Positions 16,412 through 20,000 of a stretch of DNA of 20,000 nucleotides are shown here, piece after piece (the stretch's first letter is position 1; each line of letters opens with the position of its first letter). The notes below the pieces were generated by a model that did no database searches, was not told the DNA's origin, and saw only the letters and a program-made list of their open reading frames with translations. The stretch is from an uncultured virus (IMG/VR IMGVR_UViG_3300025769_000086) (taxonomy: Duplodnaviria > Heunggongvirae > Uroviricota > Caudoviricetes). Position numbers and translations under genes: made by a program. The DNA lies in the IMG/VR virus record IMGVR_UViG_3300025769_000086; one strand, given 5' to 3'.

Positions 16412-16737
16412 TCAATCACCTTCCATCTGTAAAGTGTATCTTTACCCTTACTTCTTTTGATGCCGATTATACAATCAGTAAGTATAGCCCCGCCACCTTT
16501 ACTTCTTTTGTTGTGAAGAAGGATAGGGATTTTTACTTGACCGCCTGACCTACCAACCCTACCTGTAATACCATACCTATCGTTCCAAGACTTACCTGTT
16601 TTGGTATCACCGTAGTCTAAAACTACCCTAGTGTTGTTTGTTCGACAACGTTCCAAGACTCTAATGACTTCATCATCAGTTCTCTCGTCATAACTTGTTC
16701 CATTAACCAACTTGTATTTTGTAGACCATTTTTTCAT
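16408..16737 (-). CDS. Basic hypothetical protein, 109 aa, inserted in the array
   Basis: Unrelated to the MIDT family; ATGA-coupled on both sides and ends VIE* like paralog 2. Confidence 0.75.
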   Translation of the reverse strand: MKKWSTKYKLVNGTSYDERTDDEVIRVLERCRTNNTRVVLDYGDTKTGKSWNDRYGITGRVGRSGGQVKIPILLHNKRSKGGGAILTDCIIGIKRSKGKDTLYRWKVIE

Positions 16738-17030
16738 TCTTTCATCACCTCACAAAAGTTATTGAACCAATCAGTTCTATCTTCGTGATTACAATTTTCC
16801 CACACATCAACTGCTTGCTTTATCCATTCACGCAATCGTATGACTTCTGCTAAGAGAAGTGGTGCGTCTGCTATGAGTGCCGCATCCACTTCTTTGTCTA
16901 TTGAATCTCCACTTAGATGCCTTCCTGTGATTATGTAATTCTTGTATTTTCCTTTCAGTAGTATTGAATCCTCTTCGGGCCATTCCCACGGTGCAGGTGT
17001 GTGTCCTTCGTATTTGTCTGTGTCAATCAT
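16734..17030 (-). CDS. MIDT-family paralog 3, 98 aa
   Basis: MIDTDKYEGHTPAPW...LIADAPLLLAEVIRL. Confidence 0.8.
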   Translation of the reverse strand: MIDTDKYEGHTPAPWEWPEEDSILLKGKYKNYIITGRHLSGDSIDKEVDAALIADAPLLLAEVIRLREWIKQAVDVWENCNHEDRTDWFNNFCEVMKE

Positions 17031-17377
17031 TCTTCTTCACATCCACAGTAGTTCTCGGTGTTCTCATCGCAAGTGGGGCATCGTTCAATGATGCTCTCAC
17101 AATACAAGTCGTGTGCTGAACCTTCTCTTCCTCGGTATGCACACCTGTTTATTGCATCGTGCAACTTCTTGTTATCTTCACGCAACTGCTTGTATGCATC
17201 AAGGAGAAGCGGTGTGTCTTGTATCAGGAGTCTGTTAGCCTCACTACCAACAAGATGAACTTCGGGGTCACGTATGTACCAAGTACAAGGCTCTACCCAT
17301 TCAACCCACCATCCACTAGGATGTAACTCACTTTTGCTTCCTTTTGTGTGTCCTTTGTATTTGTCTGTGTCAATCAT
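17027..17377 (-). CDS. MIDT-family paralog 4, 116 aa, with C-terminal Cys cluster
   Basis: MIDTDKYKGHT...LIQDTPLLLDAYKQL...CPTC...CGC. Confidence 0.8.
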   Translation of the reverse strand: MIDTDKYKGHTKGSKSELHPSGWWVEWVEPCTWYIRDPEVHLVGSEANRLLIQDTPLLLDAYKQLREDNKKLHDAINRCAYRGREGSAHDLYCESIIERCPTCDENTENYCGCEEE

Positions 17378-17589
17378 TATTCTTCCCCCTTTATCAGTTC
17401 AGAATAAACAGAAAACCAATCCGAGCGACCTAATACATCTTCAGCCATCTCCAATCGGTATTCTGTTTCATCCAACTCTTCACGCAACCGCTTGAGTTCT
17501 GCGAGTATCTCTAACCCCAACGCCTGTAAAATGTCAGGGTGTGTGTCATCACCTTGTAGTATTTGTTCAGCCATGTCTGTGTCAATCAT
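17377..17589 (-). CDS. MIDT-family paralog 5 (short, divergent), 70 aa
   Basis: Retains only MIDTD and ILAELKRLREE. Confidence 0.7.
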   Translation of the reverse strand: MIDTDMAEQILQGDDTHPDILQALGLEILAELKRLREELDETEYRLEMAEDVLGRSDWFSVYSELIKGEE

Positions 17590-18530
17590 TCTTCCTCGCC
17601 TCCTAGTATCGCTGACAGTATGTAGTCAGCCGCTTTCTGTGCATCACCAAACGCTTTGTTCAATGCTTTGTCTTTATCTTTGCAAGCCTTGAGCCATGAC
17701 TGTAAGTATGCTACGTTGTTAGCATTCTCTTCGGCCACCAAGTCAGGCTTGAACTCACCACCAAGAGTAAGTGTAACAATCAATGAACCAAGTTCAGCAA
17801 TCAATTCCTCGTAGGCATACTCCGCCGAACCAAAGCGAGACTTGAGATTTCTATTTAGTCTTGTTGCATATCCAGTGGAGTGAACTGCCTCATGTATAGC
17901 GGTCATCACTTCACCCATGCTGTCAGCGAATGAATCATGTGGTGGTAGTACAATCTTATCATGTTCTGGTGAATAGTATGCTCTATCGCCACCTCTTGAG
18001 TAATCAAGATTGACTTGTGATGCTACGTATTCATCCATGTGTTCCATCATTTCTGATGTAGGTATTATCTCTTCAGCATTCTCAACAACGGGTGCAACAT
18101 AGTCCTCACATTGTTCAACACAAAACACTTCATAGAATCTAAGTGTACGACCATAGTGTTCTTCTTCCTCACCCTCGTCATTCTTCTTAGTGTACTTAGT
18201 AGGTTTGAAGAACTTGATGCTTACACCTGTACCATTCTTCAAGCCTTTGATTGACATTTTCTTAGCCATCAACTGCTTACGTGTAGCAAACCGTAGGTCA
18301 GTCCAACCATTAGTCATCGCTTCAATCCAAAGCATGACTAGATTACCACCACGATATGATTTCTTAGATACTAGATTGGATGGCATACTACTCTTACCAC
18401 CCTTCCATGGCTTACGCCAAGCCAAGTTCTCACCCTGTATCGCACTCTCTAGTTTCTTGAACCACTCATCGTTAGCAGTTTCTTTCTTCATCTTTGCATA
18501 TTGTTTCTTCTGTTGCATACTCATCGCCAT
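17586..18530 (-). CDS. ardC: ArdC-like ssDNA-binding antirestriction protein with zincin-like domain
   Basis: WRKPW...P.N..S...YRG.N...LW...FAT.KQ (ArdC N-domain), then RAYYSP..DKIVLP, HEAVH (HExxH), RLNR...FGS.EYAYEELIAELGS and AYLQSWL. Confidence 0.88.
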   Translation of the reverse strand: MAMSMQQKKQYAKMKKETANDEWFKKLESAIQGENLAWRKPWKGGKSSMPSNLVSKKSYRGGNLVMLWIEAMTNGWTDLRFATRKQLMAKKMSIKGLKNGTGVSIKFFKPTKYTKKNDEGEEEEHYGRTLRFYEVFCVEQCEDYVAPVVENAEEIIPTSEMMEHMDEYVASQVNLDYSRGGDRAYYSPEHDKIVLPPHDSFADSMGEVMTAIHEAVHSTGYATRLNRNLKSRFGSAEYAYEELIAELGSLIVTLTLGGEFKPDLVAEENANNVAYLQSWLKACKDKDKALNKAFGDAQKAADYILSAILGGEEE

Positions 18531-18764
18531 ATTATTTCATCTCCCTTATCTGTCTTGCTATTGATTCTCTCATCGCTTTCTTTTCTTCATCTGTATAGCC
18601 CATGTTTATCCATTGAGAACCACATTGTTCACAAAAGAAATCATTTGCATCTTCATCATAGTCCACAGATTTCTCACTACATTCTTCTGTCACATCACAA
18701 TGTAACCAATCTTTCTTCTTTATTTCCTCTATCGTCATTCTTCTATTCATATTATTTCATCTCC
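18528..18764 (-). repeat. 17-nt gene-junction direct repeat GGAGATGAAATAATATG (2 copies)
   Basis: catattatttcatctcc at 18528-18544 and 18748-18764, bracketing the 72-aa gene. Confidence 0.85.
18532..18750 (-). CDS. Small zinc-ribbon-like protein, 72 aa
   Basis: C....C...FFCEQCG; ends EMK*. Confidence 0.7.
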   Translation of the reverse strand: MNRRMTIEEIKKKDWLHCDVTEECSEKSVDYDEDANDFFCEQCGSQWINMGYTDEEKKAMRESIARQIREMK

Positions 18765-19078
18765 TTTGTAGGCCAAGCAATCTTTCGTGCTTGTGCTAAC
18801 TGTTGTAGTAACTCATCGTAAGTATTGTACATGTTACCATTCTTACCATGTATCTTCAATTGTCTAATCAAGTAATCAATCTGTGCTTTGGCTGCCTGTT
18901 GGTTCATTAGATATTCATACTTCAACTGTGAATCTCTACCCCACTTTTCTATCTTAGCCCTGTCGATTTTACTCCACTTACTCTTGTTCCTTATTCTTTC
19001 TTCTTCATTTGCAGGTAAATACCTGTCATCATTTTTACTATTATATTTTCTTCTTCTCATTTTATTCATCTCCTTCAT
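18752..19078 (-). CDS. Basic hypothetical protein (start possibly 19069 or 19060)
   Basis: First gene after the 19083 element; GGAGATGA precedes the ATG at 19060; ends EMK*. Confidence 0.7.
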   Translation of the reverse strand: MKEMNKMRRRKYNSKNDDRYLPANEEERIRNKSKWSKIDRAKIEKWGRDSQLKYEYLMNQQAAKAQIDYLIRQLKIHGKNGNMYNTYDELLQQLAQARKIAWPTKEMK

Positions 19079-19082
19079 TTAC

Positions 19083-19100
19083 TAGACCTTTATATACTAA
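19083..19100 (-). promoter_or_regulatory. Conserved TATA-like promoter element
   Basis: Exact copy of the 18-mer TTAGTATATAAAGGTCTA. Confidence 0.75.
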
Positions 19101-19102
19101 CT

Positions 19103-19204
19103 TCAAACTAATCTACTCCTTACACATTCATATACTAGGTAGCCAAGTGACCACACAAACACAACACCAACAAAAACTATTGGAAACATATCTACTGTAC
19201 TCAT
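19103..19204 (-). CDS. Putative 33-aa single-pass membrane peptide
   Basis: Manual translation MSTVDMFPIVFVGVVFVWSLGYLVYECVRSRLV*; ATGA-coupled with a GGGTGG RBS and fills the gap. Confidence 0.6.
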   Translation of the reverse strand: MSTVDMFPIVFVGVVFVWSLGYLVYECVRSRLV

Positions 19205-19728
19205 GATAACCACCCTGTCTCGTTCAAATCGTGTAACTCTTTATCTGTCAGCGTTCTATGTCCTTTTTCTTCTGCTTGTTTACATGAATAACAAACATTG
19301 TGCAACTCATCATGTTGATAACTACCTTCACACTTGTGGGTATAATGCCAACCAAAATCACCTACATTATGTTCAGTATTTATTGGCAGGTCAGTGTAAA
19401 CATTACCTGAGTGACGACATTTGTATGTATACATTATACCTGCGACTTTTGCTTTCGTATCTTTCAAATGACTTGTTTGGTGTGCGTCCACTTCATAATC
19501 TTCTACCCTTCTAATTGCTTCGGCTTTACTTACTGTGGCATTTGGAAACATACTTCCTTTACCGTACTCAGCATCCACTGAGAACAAATCTTCTTCCCAT
19601 CTTCTACGCATTACTATATACTGTACTCTTATTACTTCATCACCATGTTTACTTTCCATTTTCCAAAATTTAGGATGTTGGACATACATCTCTCCGTATG
19701 CTGTGTCATAGTCACTGTAATAACTCAT
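19201..19728 (-). CDS. Hypothetical protein, 175 aa, with C-terminal Cys/His cluster
   Basis: AGGTGA RBS and ATGA coupling; HKC...CYSC. Confidence 0.75.
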   Translation of the reverse strand: MSYYSDYDTAYGEMYVQHPKFWKMESKHGDEVIRVQYIVMRRRWEEDLFSVDAEYGKGSMFPNATVSKAEAIRRVEDYEVDAHQTSHLKDTKAKVAGIMYTYKCRHSGNVYTDLPINTEHNVGDFGWHYTHKCEGSYQHDELHNVCYSCKQAEEKGHRTLTDKELHDLNETGWLS

Positions 19729-20000
19729 TCATCATCACCTTCCTTAGTTCGGTTGTTGAATAGTTCATCCACACTACGGATAGTTCCTCTTATCCAAAAC
19801 ATATTCTCTTTCAATTTGGCTTTATCTCTATCATTACCATAGCGTTTTATTTGCATGACATCTAATGCAACCATCTTTTCCCAATTTAAAAGTGCATTTT
19901 TCTTTACGCTGATTAATTCTTTAATCATTTTATCATTTTGTGGGGTATCTTCATGTGCATGTTCTAAAATAACACCCCTAAATGCTTCGTATGCTTTGTA
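19725..20000 (-). CDS. Hypothetical protein, 5'-truncated by the window edge
   Basis: The frame of the 19725..19928 ORF stays open to 20000 (YKAYEAFRGVILEH...), so the ATG at 19928 is probably internal. Confidence 0.65.
   Translation of the reverse strand, partial: YKAYEAFRGVILEHAHEDTPQNDKMIKELISVKKNALLNWEKMVALDVMQIKRYGNDRDKAKLKENMFWIRGTIRSVDELFNNRTKEGDDE

Larger units (their letters stand above)
15735..17590 (-). repeat. Tandem paralog array with two conserved DNA boxes per unit
   Basis: Box A (gene start): 33/34 nt identical between 16998-17031 and 17345-17378, with related copies ending near 16110, 16412 and 17590. Box B: 37/38 nt identical between 15911-15948 and 16841-16878, with related copies near 16197-16237, 17200-17219 and 17486-17505. 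Confidence 0.9.

Noticed and set aside
15735..17590. CRISPR array or diversity-generating retroelement explanation for the repeats
   Set aside because: The repeats are coding and hundreds of nt apart. The variable parts differ in length and are unalignable rather than adenine-specific variants. No cas or reverse transcriptase gene is in the window.
257..17600. Many proteins ending in EE/EEE as a shared functional tag
   Set aside because: Adequately explained by the purine-rich RBS of the next gene overlapping the last codons.
19128..19140. Another promoter-like string (CCTAGTATATGA)
   Set aside because: It lacks the AAAG core and lies inside the 33-aa ORF; probably chance.
618..19842. All plus-strand ORFs in the track
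   Set aside because: They lie antisense to a fully tiled, coupled minus-strand gene set and have the S/F/L/I-rich composition of shadow frames.

Overview
AT-rich, densely coding window with all credible genes on the minus strand and translationally coupled (ATGA/TAATG overlaps). It looks like the early/accessory region of a large dsDNA virus. GGAGGTGA-type ribosome-binding sites, a repeated TATA-box element and many small Cys-rich proteins point to an archaeal host, possibly marine (inference). Recognisable products are a PC4-like ssDNA-binding protein, a pyrimidine-dimer glycosylase-family protein, a CX5R phosphatase, a PEP-synthase/PPDK-like ATP-grasp plus phosphohistidine protein with an unknown C-terminal half, a SMARCAL1/HARP-like SNF2 ATPase and an ArdC-like protein. 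Three features stand out: (1) a promoter-bounded five-gene unit ending in a coupled dikinase-like/phosphatase pair; (2) a tandem array of five 'MIDT' paralogs with near-identical DNA boxes flanking unrelated variable segments; (3) near-identical stop/RBS/start junctions shared by unrelated neighbouring genes, suggesting cassette-like gene shuffling. All calls come from reading motifs by eye; no searches were run.
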